Shown: positions 53,926-64,000 of the stretch, piece by piece | How the letters are laid out: each line of letters opens with the position of its first letter | How positions within the stretch are numbered: position 1 is the first letter of the stretch | DNA from: Sandaracinaceae bacterium | Lineage (GTDB): Bacteria > Myxococcota_A > Polyangia > Polyangiales > Houyiibacteriaceae | Reading direction: 5' to 3' | NCBI GenBank assembly: GCA_020633055.1 | Contig: JACKEJ010000017.1 | Location: forward strand, 80,760-144,759 | DNA length: 64,000 bases | The notes under the pieces: model-generated | The model's input: the letters and a program-made list of their open reading frames with translations, nothing else | Database searches by the model: none | What the model was told of the DNA's origin: nothing | Translations under genes and position numbers: made by a program

Positions 53926-56691
53926 TCAAGCGCGGCGGAAGTCTCGATCGAAGAGGCGAACGCGCCGCAGCAACAAGTCTAGCAAGAAGAGCGCGAGCGC
54001 GGCGAACAGCAGCTTGGGCCACAGCTCTTCGTGCGACCGAATCGTTTCGTCGCCAGCGTCGAAGAGCGCCTCGATCGTGTCGAGAGCACCACCGCCCGTG
54101 ACGCCCGTCGCGCGGTCGAGCAGGGCGCGGTTGGGCTCGAAGCTGAGGTACTCGCGCGGGTAGGGGTTGGCCAGCTGCGCGGTGCTCTCCGCCACGGGTC
54201 GGCCCTGCCGCTCGTGCTGCGCGGTGAGCATGAACGAGCCGTAGCGCTCGAGCGGGAAGCGCGCCTCGTAGAGACCGGGCGCGGTCTGCCGCAGGGCGTG
54301 GGTTTCGCGCACGCGCGCTTGAGGGTCGTCCACGCCAGCGCGCGCTGCAGGGGCCCCCATCGGGCCCTCGACGGTGAGCACGGAGTCGAGGTCGTTCATG
54401 AAGCGATCCGCCGTGTCGATGGCATCGACGGTCACGCGCACCTCGCCGTCCAGCACCTCGGCGGTCATGTCGAGGGTCTCGCGGCGGCGTTGGCGCATGT
54501 GCTCACGGACGAGCTGGGTCCAGAAGCGCGAATACTGAGGCCAACGCAGCCACTCCACGGCCCAGCGGTTCTTCACGTCGCTGGTCCAGGCCATCGACCA
54601 CCCGAGGCCCACGCGCCAGCGCGCCAGGATGGGCTCGCCGAGATCGCTCTGCAGGATGACCTGCGCCGGCGTGGGCTTGCGGCGTGTGGCGACGTAGCCG
54701 TGCAGGAAGGGCGCCGTGCGGATGTCGATGCCGCGCAGGAAGTCCGCGTTCTGCACCACCATGGGCTGGAAGTACTCTTCGACGGCGGCCGAGCGCGCCA
54801 CGGTCGTGGTCTCGCGCATGAAGATGCGCGGCACGTTGTGGGGGTCGTTGGTGAAGTAGCTGCGGCCCCCGCCGAGCGAGGCCACGCTCTCGAGCAGCAC
54901 GCGGTTCACGTCCGAGCCGAGGCCGACGGTGGTGACCGTGATGCCCTCGGCGCGCATCACCTGGGTGAGCTCCGCGATGCCGCTCTCGGGAGCCTGTCCG
55001 TCGGTCAGCAGGATGACGTGCTTCACGCGCGCACGGGTGACGGCCAGATCCTGGTAGGCCATGTCGAGCGCCGGGAAGATCTGGGTCCCGCCGCGCGCCG
55101 TCATGCGGCTGATGTCGCGCACGATGCGCAGCCGGTTGCGCGCGCTCTGCATGCGCACGATGCGCTCGGGCGTCGAGTCGAAGCCCACGACGGCGATGTA
55201 GTCGTCGGCGCCCAGCATCTCGGCGGTGGCGCGCGCGGCCTCCTTGGCCAGCTCCATCTTCTGGCCGCTCATCGAGCCGCTCCGGTCGATGACCAACGCC
55301 AACGCGAGCGAGGGCTGGTTGCGCCGTCGCTCGGCGTCCATGCGCACAGGCAACATGCGCTCCATGCGCGACCCCTGCCAGCCGCCGAGGCCGAAGCCGC
55401 TCTCGCCGCCAGCCATGATGAAGCCGCCGCCCTGGTCGCGCACGTAGCGCTCGATGGCGTCCATCTGGCTCATGGACACCTCGTCGGCAGACACGTCCGA
55501 CAGCACGAAGAAGTCGAAGCGCTCCAGCTCTTGCGGGCTGGTGGGGATGGAGCGCGGGGAGCGCACGTCCACGTCGAAGTCACCCGCGGCGAGCGCCCGG
55601 CTGAGGTAGTTGGCACGCCCCGCCGCGCCCTCCACGTACAGCACGGTGGGCTTGCCGGGGACCACCGCGGTGGTCTCGAAGCGGTTGTTGGCCGGGAAGC
55701 GGTCGTCGCCCCGTGGTTGGAGCTCGAAGCGGTATGTGACCGGGCCCGCGACGCGCACCACCGACTGGAACTCGATTTCGTTGTCCCCCGGGGTGAGCGT
55801 GACATCCCGCACGGAGTCGAGCCCGTTGAGCGTCTCGCCCTGGTACAGGCGCACACGTGCCTCGGCTTCGTAGTTCGAGAACACCCGCGCGCGCACCGGG
55901 AACGGGTCGCCCACGCGTAGCTGGTCCGGCACGCTCACCTCGCGTACGGCGACCTCGTGGGGGGCGCCCTGGGTGTACACGTGGTGGTAGAGGCGCACGT
56001 CGAAGTCGTGCGCGCGGCTGGCCTCGGCCAGCAGGTCGCCCTCGGTCTGCCCGCCATCCGTCAGCAGGACGGCGCGGCGCAGGTGCCCAGGCGGGAAGAG
56101 GCCGTAGGCCAGCTGCAGCGCGGCGGCGAGGTTCGAGCCCGCCCCCGCGTCTTGGTGCGTCGCGTCGGTGTGGCGCTCGAGGGTCTCGGGCAGCTCCGTC
56201 GCCTCACGCGCCAACGGCACGACCCGCGCGTGCTGCGCGAACGTGATCAGCTGGACGTCGTTCTCGCCACGCGCGGACAAGGCGGCCTGCGCCTTTTCGC
56301 GCGCTTCGGCGATGGCCTCGTCTGTGACGGAGTCCGACACGTCCACCAGGAACACCGTGCTGATGCGCGCGCTGTCGGTGGTGCGCGAGAGGCGCGCCAG
56401 GGCCAGCACCAAGGTGGCCATCAGCGCCGCGCGCAAGAGCACACCCAGCCACTTCTGCAGCGGCGGCAGGTCCGCGAGGGAGCGCGTGGCCACCCACCCC
56501 AGCAGGGGGATCAGGCTGAGGGCCACCAGCGCGCGCGACGCAAGAAACTCGTAGCGCTCGCCGCGCATCTCCCACGTCAGGTCGTGGTGCCACACCTGCT
56601 GGGCGATGTACGCGGCGGCCAGGCCGACGAGCACGAGCGCGAAAGCCAGCACGCCCCAGTTCATGGAACTGCTGCTGCGAGGCCGGCTCAT
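53926..56691 (-). CDS. Membrane-anchored double-VWA-domain protein (921 aa, BatB-like, with a long C-terminal extension and a C-terminal TM)
   Basis: ATG at 56691 overlaps the upstream stop (ATGA). MIDAS motifs 'VFLVDVSDSV' and 'LVIDRSGSMSG'. N-terminal TM helices. C-terminal 'LLFAALALFLLDLLLRR'. Confidence 0.85.
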   Translation of the reverse strand: MSRPRSSSSMNWGVLAFALVLVGLAAAYIAQQVWHHDLTWEMRGERYEFLASRALVALSLIPLLGWVATRSLADLPPLQKWLGVLLRAALMATLVLALARLSRTTDSARISTVFLVDVSDSVTDEAIAEAREKAQAALSARGENDVQLITFAQHARVVPLAREATELPETLERHTDATHQDAGAGSNLAAALQLAYGLFPPGHLRRAVLLTDGGQTEGDLLAEASRAHDFDVRLYHHVYTQGAPHEVAVREVSVPDQLRVGDPFPVRARVFSNYEAEARVRLYQGETLNGLDSVRDVTLTPGDNEIEFQSVVRVAGPVTYRFELQPRGDDRFPANNRFETTAVVPGKPTVLYVEGAAGRANYLSRALAAGDFDVDVRSPRSIPTSPQELERFDFFVLSDVSADEVSMSQMDAIERYVRDQGGGFIMAGGESGFGLGGWQGSRMERMLPVRMDAERRRNQPSLALALVIDRSGSMSGQKMELAKEAARATAEMLGADDYIAVVGFDSTPERIVRMQSARNRLRIVRDISRMTARGGTQIFPALDMAYQDLAVTRARVKHVILLTDGQAPESGIAELTQVMRAEGITVTTVGLGSDVNRVLLESVASLGGGRSYFTNDPHNVPRIFMRETTTVARSAAVEEYFQPMVVQNADFLRGIDIRTAPFLHGYVATRRKPTPAQVILQSDLGEPILARWRVGLGWSMAWTSDVKNRWAVEWLRWPQYSRFWTQLVREHMRQRRRETLDMTAEVLDGEVRVTVDAIDTADRFMNDLDSVLTVEGPMGAPAARAGVDDPQARVRETHALRQTAPGLYEARFPLERYGSFMLTAQHERQGRPVAESTAQLANPYPREYLSFEPNRALLDRATGVTGGGALDTIEALFDAGDETIRSHEELWPKLLFAALALFLLDLLLRRVRLFDRDFRRA

Positions 56692-58595
56692 ACCGTGTAC
56701 CTCCGGTGGTACGAGAACCACTCGAGGCCCAGCACGACGAGCACCGCGGCCAGCAGGTAGAGCCACAGCTCACGCCGCACGCCCGCGGCGCCCGCGCTGA
56801 CCTCACCGGCGGTGGTGGGCCCGACGGACAGCGCCTCGGCGGGGGCAATCTCGCTCTCGTCGCCGGGCCCCACGTTCACGGCGAACGCGTCCTCCGTCAC
56901 GGCGCCCTCCGCCCCCGCGGTGCGGATGGTGTAGATGCCCGCGCGCGACCCGGCGAACAGGGCGCGTCCCTCCACGATGGGCACCACGAACTCCCGTTCG
57001 TCCGGCGCGACGATGGTGGCCTGCGTGGCCCCCGCTGGGACGGGGATGTGCCACGTGTCGCCCGTGTAGTAGCTGGAGACGTAGCGGGCGTCCTCTTGCA
57101 CGAACCAGTCGATGGTGTTGAGCAGGAACAGCGGCCACGCGACGCGCAGCACCAGGTCGCTCTGGCGAGGGTCGAAGTTGAGCGCCACGAAGCGCTGGCC
57201 AGCGCGGCGCCCCTCGACCATCAGGGGCAGCGAGTCCGTGCCAGCCACCACGCGGTCACCGCGCTCGGTGCGCACGCGCAGGGCTGACGCGATGTTCACG
57301 TCGGTCAGCGCCGTCCAGCGCACGAGGGGGTGACGCCGCTCCACGCGCTCGATGGTCGGCGCGGCCACCTCCTCCACGATCTCGAACGGCCCCGTCACGC
57401 CCTCGTCGGGCTTGGGGTAGAGGTAGAGCGCGGCCGTCTCGGGCGGGGAGGGCGGCACCCACGCGTCGAACAGGACGACGTCGAAGCGGCCCTCCGGTGG
57501 ATACATGTCCGGGGTGACCTCGACCACGTCGAGGTACTCGTCCAGCACGAGCGCGGCCTGCAGGTAGAGGTTGCCTCGCGAGACGAGCAACACGCGCGCG
57601 CGGCGCCGCTCGGGCAGGCGGGCGTAGGCGTGGTCGTCCGCGGCCAGGTGGTCGAGCCCCTCGCGCGTGACCAGGCGGGCCTCCAATGTGCGGTCGACGC
57701 CCGACACGTTGCGGAAGGTGCGCCGCAAGCGCTCGGTGGGACCCAGCGAGAGCGTCTGCACGTCGACGGGCTCTCCGTCGCCGATGAGCTGCAGCTCCAC
57801 CTGACGGGCCTCGTCGGTGGGGTTCCACAGCTCCACCAGCACCTCGCTCTGGCTCTTGTCGAGCGGATAGCGGCGCACCGCGAAGGCCGAGAGCCCCACG
57901 TTGTCGTCCGTGCGACCCACGCGCACCCAGCTCAGCCGGATGTCCGCCTCGCGCAGCTCTTCGGCCATGGTGGCGGAGGCCGACAACCCGCCGTCCGTGA
58001 TGACCACCACCTCGGCCCGGGGTTGGCCGCGCAGCACGTCCAGCGCCAGGTGCAGCCCGGGGCGCAGCTGGGCGCCCAAGTGCGTGGTGCTCAGGGAGTC
58101 GATGGCGTCGCGCAGCACGCGCGCGTCGGTGGTGAGCGGCGAGAGGGGCGTCGCGGTCTGGTCCAGCTGCGCGATCTGCAAACGGTCGGCGGGCCCGAGC
58201 CCGTCGATCAAGCGTCGCAGCTCGGCCTCGGCGGCCTCGAAGCGCGAGGGCTCGACATCGGTGGCGGACATGGACGCGCTCGCGTCCACCAACACCAAGA
58301 GCGAGCGCCCCTGGGCCGTGGCACCGGCGTAGCGGGGGTCGCCCAGCGCGAACGCCAACAGCGCGATGATGCACAGGGCCAGCAGCAGCGAGAGCCAGCG
58401 CTTGAGCTGCGAGAACAGGCGCGTGGTCTGCTTCTCGGCGAGGATGTCCTCCCACAGCCGGACGAACGGCACCTCGACGCGCCGGCGCCGCAGCTTGAGC
58501 AGGTAGAGGATGACCGCGCCCAGGCCGAAGCCCCCCAGCACCATGAGCACCTGGGAGAGGGTGAGCCCCGTGAGTGTGAGCCCCGTGCCGCCCAT
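56688..58595 (-). CDS. BatA-type protein: aerotolerance-regulator N-terminal domain plus VWA domain (635 aa)
   Basis: 'VLMVLGGFGLGAVILYLLKLRRRRVEVPFVRLW' is the BatA_N pattern. MIDAS 'LVLVDASASMS'. C-terminal TM. Confidence 0.85.
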   Translation of the reverse strand: MGGTGLTLTGLTLSQVLMVLGGFGLGAVILYLLKLRRRRVEVPFVRLWEDILAEKQTTRLFSQLKRWLSLLLALCIIALLAFALGDPRYAGATAQGRSLLVLVDASASMSATDVEPSRFEAAEAELRRLIDGLGPADRLQIAQLDQTATPLSPLTTDARVLRDAIDSLSTTHLGAQLRPGLHLALDVLRGQPRAEVVVITDGGLSASATMAEELREADIRLSWVRVGRTDDNVGLSAFAVRRYPLDKSQSEVLVELWNPTDEARQVELQLIGDGEPVDVQTLSLGPTERLRRTFRNVSGVDRTLEARLVTREGLDHLAADDHAYARLPERRRARVLLVSRGNLYLQAALVLDEYLDVVEVTPDMYPPEGRFDVVLFDAWVPPSPPETAALYLYPKPDEGVTGPFEIVEEVAAPTIERVERRHPLVRWTALTDVNIASALRVRTERGDRVVAGTDSLPLMVEGRRAGQRFVALNFDPRQSDLVLRVAWPLFLLNTIDWFVQEDARYVSSYYTGDTWHIPVPAGATQATIVAPDEREFVVPIVEGRALFAGSRAGIYTIRTAGAEGAVTEDAFAVNVGPGDESEIAPAEALSVGPTTAGEVSAGAAGVRRELWLYLLAAVLVVLGLEWFSYHRRYTV

Positions 58596-59575
58596 CAGCC
58601 CAGCAAGCCTCCGCGGCGGAGCACGCCCAGCACCGCCTCGTCGAAGGGGGTGCTGGTCTCGATGGCCTGGTAGGCCACGTGCTTCTGGGTGCAGAAGTCC
58701 TCGATGCGTTTGCGGTAGGCCGCGTGCGCCTCGGCGTACTTCTCGAGCAGGCGCGGCGTGATGGTCACCTCGCGGTGCTCGCCCGTCTCGCGGTCCACCA
58801 GGCGCACGTCGCCGTTGAGCTCGGGGCGCACCTCGGCCGGGTCGAAGACCTGCAGCACGAAGGGCTCGAACTTGGCGAAGCGCAGCTGGTTGATGCCCGC
58901 CTCGAAGCCCGCCGGGTCGTACAGGTCGCTGATCAGGATGGCGACCCCGCGGCGCTTGTTCTGTGCCGCGAAGGTGCGCAGCGCGTCGCCCATGTGGGTC
59001 TCGCCCTTCGCCTGCACGTCGCGCAGGAAGTCGAAGACCTTGAAGATGCGGTTCTTGCCGCGCGTGGGCGCGAGTCGGGCGCTCATGCCCGCGTCGAACG
59101 TGAGCACGGACACGCGGTCCAGGTTGGCCAGCGCCACGTAGGCGAAGGCCGCTGCGAGCTGCTTGGCGTAGGTGAGCTTCGGTGGGTCGCCCATGCCCAT
59201 GGAGCGTGAGGCGTCCACCAGCACGTACACCGAGAGGTCTTCCTCTTCCTCGAACAGGCGCAGCAGCAGGCGCCCGGTGCGCTGGTAGACGTTCCAGTCC
59301 AGGTAGCGGAAGTCGTCACCCGGCACGTACTCGCGGTGGTCCGCGAACTCGATGCCCGCGCCAGTCTTCTTGGAGCGGCGCTCGGCGCGCATGCGCCCGT
59401 TGTAGATGCGGCGTGACACGATCGCGAGGTACTCCAAGCGGCGCTGGAACTCCTCGTCGAAGAGCTCCGCGTCGCCGCTCGGGGCCTTGCGCGCGCGGGC
59501 CTTCGCGCCCGTCTTGGACGCGGACACCGCGCTCGCGCCGCCGCCGGACACTCGCTGTCGGAACCAGCTCAGCAC
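58595..59575 (-). CDS. DUF58-family protein (MoxR-associated)
   Basis: 'GAGIEFADHREYVPGDDFRYLDWN' is the DUF58 signature. Start assigned to the GTG at 59575, just after the MoxR stop. The longer ORF (to 59656) overlaps MoxR. Confidence 0.8.
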   Translation of the reverse strand: MLSWFRQRVSGGGASAVSASKTGAKARARKAPSGDAELFDEEFQRRLEYLAIVSRRIYNGRMRAERRSKKTGAGIEFADHREYVPGDDFRYLDWNVYQRTGRLLLRLFEEEEDLSVYVLVDASRSMGMGDPPKLTYAKQLAAAFAYVALANLDRVSVLTFDAGMSARLAPTRGKNRIFKVFDFLRDVQAKGETHMGDALRTFAAQNKRRGVAILISDLYDPAGFEAGINQLRFAKFEPFVLQVFDPAEVRPELNGDVRLVDRETGEHREVTITPRLLEKYAEAHAAYRKRIEDFCTQKHVAYQAIETSTPFDEAVLGVLRRGGLLG

Positions 59576-59582
59576 GCTGGGG

Positions 59583-60577
<995 letters not shown>

Positions 60578-60581
<4 letters not shown>

Positions 60582-62788
60582 GGGGTCGTCTCCTGCGCGC
60601 CTGCTGCGCCAGCGCTGGGGGCGTCCGCCGCGTCGCGCGGCCGGATCAGTTGGAAGTAGCGTCGCACGTAGAAGCGGTAGCCGGGCGGGACTTCGTCGCG
60701 CTCGAGCACCTCTTCGGCGTGGTTGGAGTAGTCGGTGTGAACGGAGCGGTAGCCGCGCCCCACGAAGCCGCGCTCGGCCGCGCCCAGGATGACCTCGCTG
60801 CGCGAGGGGCCGTCGCCGTGCTGCCCCTCGACGCGCGAGTCGCGCGTGTTCCCGTTGAGCCGCGTGGGGTCGTCGCTGAGCATCTCGCCGCCGCTCTCGG
60901 ACCCCGCGCCAGGGCCCATGCCACCGCCTTGGCCCTGGCCCTCGCTCTCCCCTTGGCCCTGGCCCTCGCCCATCCCGGGGAGCTCGAGCGTGGCGTTGCC
61001 GCCGCCCTGGCCGGACGGGTCGAGCGTGAGCTCCATGTCGCCCTGACCCTGGCCCTGGCCTTGACCTTGGCCCGAGCCGCCCGGCTGACCGCCCTGACCT
61101 TGGCCCTGGCCCTGACCTTGGCCCTGACCTTGGCCCTGACCTTGGCCCTGGCCCTGACCCTGCTGGCCCTGGCCCTGACCAGGCCCTTGACCCCCTTGGC
61201 CCTGGCCCTGGCCCTGCTGGCCTTGGCCCTGACCCTGGCCCTGGCCCTGCTGACCCTGACCCTGCTGCCCATCGCCGGGCATGCGGATGCGCACCTGCTG
61301 CCCGCCTTCGCCAGCCGCGCCCAGCCGGAAGCGCTGCATCATCCCCTCGCGCCCCTGGCCCTGACCTTGTTGGCCCTGCTGACCTTGCTGGCCCTGCTGG
61401 CCCTGGTCGCCGTTCTGCTGCTGTTGCTCACGCGCCCGGCGGATCATCTCGCGCAGCTGCTCCATCTGGCGCTGCAGCTCGCGGCGCTGCTCTTCGCTCA
61501 TCTGCTCGCGCGCCATGCGGTTGAGGTCCTCGGCCATCTGCTGCATGCGCTGCGCCGCCTCGTCGCGGGCGTTGCGGTTGAGGTCCTGCGCGGCCTGGTC
61601 CATCTCGCGCCGCAGCCGGTCCAGCTGACGGCGACGCTCCTCCATGGCCGCCTGGTCGCGCTGCAAGGTCTCCAGCTCGCGCTGGCGCCGACGGAGCAGG
61701 CTCTCCTCTTGTTCGTCCAGCCCCTGCTCGCGCTGGCGCTGCAGCAGGCTCTCCATCTCTTCACGCTGCTCGTCGAGGCGGCGCTCCAGCTCCTCGCGGT
61801 CGCGCTGGCTGTTGTCGCGGGCCGCACGCTCCATGGCCTGGCGCAGGCGCTCCAGCTCGCTGCGGGAGATGCTCTCGGTGCTCACGCGTTCGGCCAGCTG
61901 CTGCATGGCGTCTGCCGCGGCCTCCGCGTTGGCTTCGCGCATGGCCTCCGAGGCAGCCTCCGTAAGCCCCTGGCGTGGCAGCTCGTTGCCGAGCTCCCGC
62001 AGCGCGTCGTCCAGCGCTTCGGCCTCCATGGGCCGCGCCTCCGCCAACCTGGTCTCCAGCTCGCGCAGCTCGCGTAGGGCCTCGGTGCGGTCCAGGTCAC
62101 GGTCGGCGAGGCGCTCCAACACGTCGTTGAAGTCGCGCGCCGCGTCGCGCAGCGCTTCGTCGGTGTCGGGGTCGTCCAACATGGGACGCAGCGCGCTCTC
62201 GAAGGCGTCCAAGTCGTCCGGGTGGACCAGCATCGCGTTCTGTTGCGTGATGGGCGGAGCGGGCGCGCGTCCGAGCACCTCGAGCTGCGCGACGACCAGC
62301 ACGACCATGGCGAGAGCCAGGCCCACGGGCCAGTCCTGCGGGACGCGCAGCGGCATGGCGCGGGCGGGCTCCAGAGTTTGTCCACGCTGGGAGGCGTCCG
62401 CGATGGCGGCGTCCATGAACGCGCTGCGCTCCGCGTCGGGGAGGGCCGAGAACTCGAGGGCGCTCGCGACCCGGCTGTCGAGCGCGTGGGCGCGATCCAA
62501 GAGCTGCGCCGCATGCAGGGGGGGGACCGGCCGGAGGGCGCCCAAGAGCGCACCCAGCACGGGGAGCACCGCGCACCCCAGCAGCCAAGGCAGCGCGTCT
62601 GCGTGCGTCATCGCGTGCGTCTTCACACCCGCGATGACCAGCGCCGCTCCCGCGAGCCCCACCACCACGAAGAGCGTCATGGTTTCCATGGCACGCCGGG
62701 TGCGGACACGGCGTCGCACGGCCGCCACCGCCCGGGCCAGTTCGGCCGGGAGTGTGGCGCTCATCGCACGTCCCTCGCGCGCGTCCAT
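60578..62788 (-). CDS. Membrane protein with a long Arg/Glu/Gln-rich coiled coil, a (GQ)n low-complexity tract and a conserved-looking C-terminus (736 aa)
   Basis: N-terminal TM helices ('MTLFVVVGLAGAALVIAGV', 'LPWLLGCAVLPVLGALLGAL'). Coiled coil over roughly aa 225-455. GQ tract roughly aa 455-625. C-terminal 'VPPGYRFYVRRYFQLI'. ATGA overlap with the MoxR start. Confidence 0.75.
61040..61275. repeat. Hexanucleotide (GGYCAG/CTGRCC-type) microsatellite encoding the (Gly-Gln)n core
   Basis: The + strand reads '...ggccctggccctgaccttggccctgaccttggccctgacc...' for more than 200 nt. Weaker copies extend over about 60914-61426. Confidence 0.8.
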
Positions 62789-63083
62789 GGGGCCGACGAG
62801 ACCTCGGGGCCGGGGGCTGGACTGGGAGGCGGCGCGAACGGGCGTGGCATGCTGAGTGGACCGTGCCGGGCGGGGAAAGTTCCCTGGGGGCGGAGCGGAA
62901 GGGCACTATAGCCCACCGCGCACCGCTTGATCCGATGAACGCGCGGGCGCGCGAGATCTTCCCCATGGACGCTCGGGGTCGACAGGCGCGCGCAGGTGCG
63001 CATCCCCTCGAGCGGGGAGGAACGCATGCGGTGCGGTATGGAGGAGGCCAGCAGGGCGAGCGCGCGCCGACGAGCGCGTCGGC

Positions 63084-64000
63084 TCAGCCCATCGCAAGAG
63101 GGAAGGGCGTGCGCGCCACGCCTGGCACGTCGAACAGCGGCAGGCATTGCACGAGCGCCCCCGCCGGGACGGTTTCCTCTCCGGCGGGGATGCGGGCCAG
63201 CACGTCCACCCCCGCGAGCGCGGGCAAGGCCCCCGAGCCTCGCCGCGCCACGGGGACACAGCCCAGCCCGCTCGGGGACGTGGCGTCTTCCGTCAGCCGC
63301 GCTCGCAGCAGCTCGTCGCGTCCACGGGTGGCCTTGACCGCACTCGCGAGCTTGGCCGCGAGGTGTCGACGGTGGGGGCGGGGGTCTCCGGCGAGCACGC
63401 GCAGCAGGGGGCGCACCAGGACCTCGAAGGTGACGAACGCGCTGACGGGGTTCCCTGGCAGGCCGGCGACCGCGCTGCCGTGTGGAGCGCGTCCGAACGC
63501 GAAGGGCTTGCCTGGTTTGATGGCGACCTTCCAGAAGTCCATGGAGACACCCGCAGCGCCGAGCGCGTCACGCATCAGGTCGTGGTCTCCGACGGACACG
63601 CCGCCGGTGGAGATCACCAGGTCGGACGTCGCGCACGCTTCGCGCACGCTCGCCGTCAGCGTCGGGAGGGTGTCCGAGACGATCGGGCGCACGTCTGGAG
63701 TACCCCCTGCGTCCAGCACCAGCGCCTCCAGCATGTACGCGTTCGAGTTGACGATGCTCCCCGGGCGCTCGGGCTCGTCGAGGCGACGGAGCTCGTCCCC
63801 CGTGGAGAGGATGGCGACGCGTGGACGCCGGTAGACCTCCACCTCCCCGATGCCCTGGCTGGCCAACAGCCCGATGTCTCCCGCGCGGAGCCGCGCGCCA
63901 CGGGGGAGCAGGATGCCGCCGACCGCGACGTCTTCGCCGCGCTGACGCACGTTCTGCCCCTGGCGTGCCGGATCGCGAAACACCGCCACGTGTCCTTCAT
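63084..64000 (-). CDS. moeA: Molybdopterin molybdenumtransferase MoeA, C-terminal ~300 aa (5' end outside the window)
   Basis: 'RVAILSTGDEL', 'IVNSNAYML', 'DLVISTGGVSVGDHDLM', 'VAIKPGKPFAFG', 'GLPGNPVSAFVTFEVLVRP'. Confidence 0.9.
   Translation of the reverse strand, partial: EGHVAVFRDPARQGQNVRQRGEDVAVGGILLPRGARLRAGDIGLLASQGIGEVEVYRRPRVAILSTGDELRRLDEPERPGSIVNSNAYMLEALVLDAGGTPDVRPIVSDTLPTLTASVREACATSDLVISTGGVSVGDHDLMRDALGAAGVSMDFWKVAIKPGKPFAFGRAPHGSAVAGLPGNPVSAFVTFEVLVRPLLRVLAGDPRPHRRHLAAKLASAVKATRGRDELLRARLTEDATSPSGLGCVPVARRGSGALPALAGVDVLARIPAGEETVPAGALVQCLPLFDVPGVARTPFPLAMG

Noticed and set aside
60900-61430. Possible CRISPR-like or other non-coding repeat array
   Set aside because: The repeat unit is only 6 nt, with no spacers, and it lies inside a continuous ORF. 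It is a coding microsatellite.
60650-62077. 475-aa + strand ORF with 'LALALTLALALTL' repeats
   Set aside because: It is the reverse-complement reading of the (GQ)n/coiled-coil gene. The - strand gene is fixed in the operon by an ATGA overlap with moxR.

Overview
Very GC-rich bacterial chromosome segment (about 70% G+C by eye). ORFs are long and tightly packed, and every real gene carries long antisense shadow ORFs. Gene content suggests a myxobacterium-like organism: Ser/Thr kinase, FHA and GAF signalling proteins, a giant Cys-rich lipoprotein and a MoxR-VWA operon. That taxonomic call is inference only. Housekeeping blocks: rimP-nusA-ylxR/L7Ae-infB-rbfA-DHH phosphoesterase-truB (2-7915), tRNA-Cys (16476-16547), acnA, greA-recG, rpoZ, accA, a ybgF-like/LysM pair, a dksA-family gene and moeA (partial, runs off the 3' edge). 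Accessory content: (i) a split type II PKS / aryl-polyene-like lipid cluster, with ACP-GT2-thioesterase on the + strand (19951-21415) and KS-CLF-KS-flavin halogenase on the - strand (27700-32070), separated by about 6 kb of envelope and kinase genes. (ii) A 1802-aa Cys-rich protein (47106-52514, -) built from about nine tandem ~130-aa modules. Its only plausible lipoprotein signal peptide lies immediately upstream in a different reading frame. (iii) A five-gene, translationally coupled operon (53926-62788, -): coiled-coil/(GQ)n membrane protein, MoxR, DUF58, BatA-VWA, double-VWA. (iv) Two diverged paralogues of a polytopic membrane, sulfatase-like (alkaline-phosphatase superfamily), HEAT-repeat fusion protein (13028-16375 - and 34889-37921 +). 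(v) Several decayed or interrupted loci: a Nudix-box remnant joined to an AraC HTH, and an MFS gene with an in-frame TGA. No CRISPR array, rRNA, transposase or integrase was seen. All calls rest on reading the translated ORFs and the DNA by eye. No database search was run.
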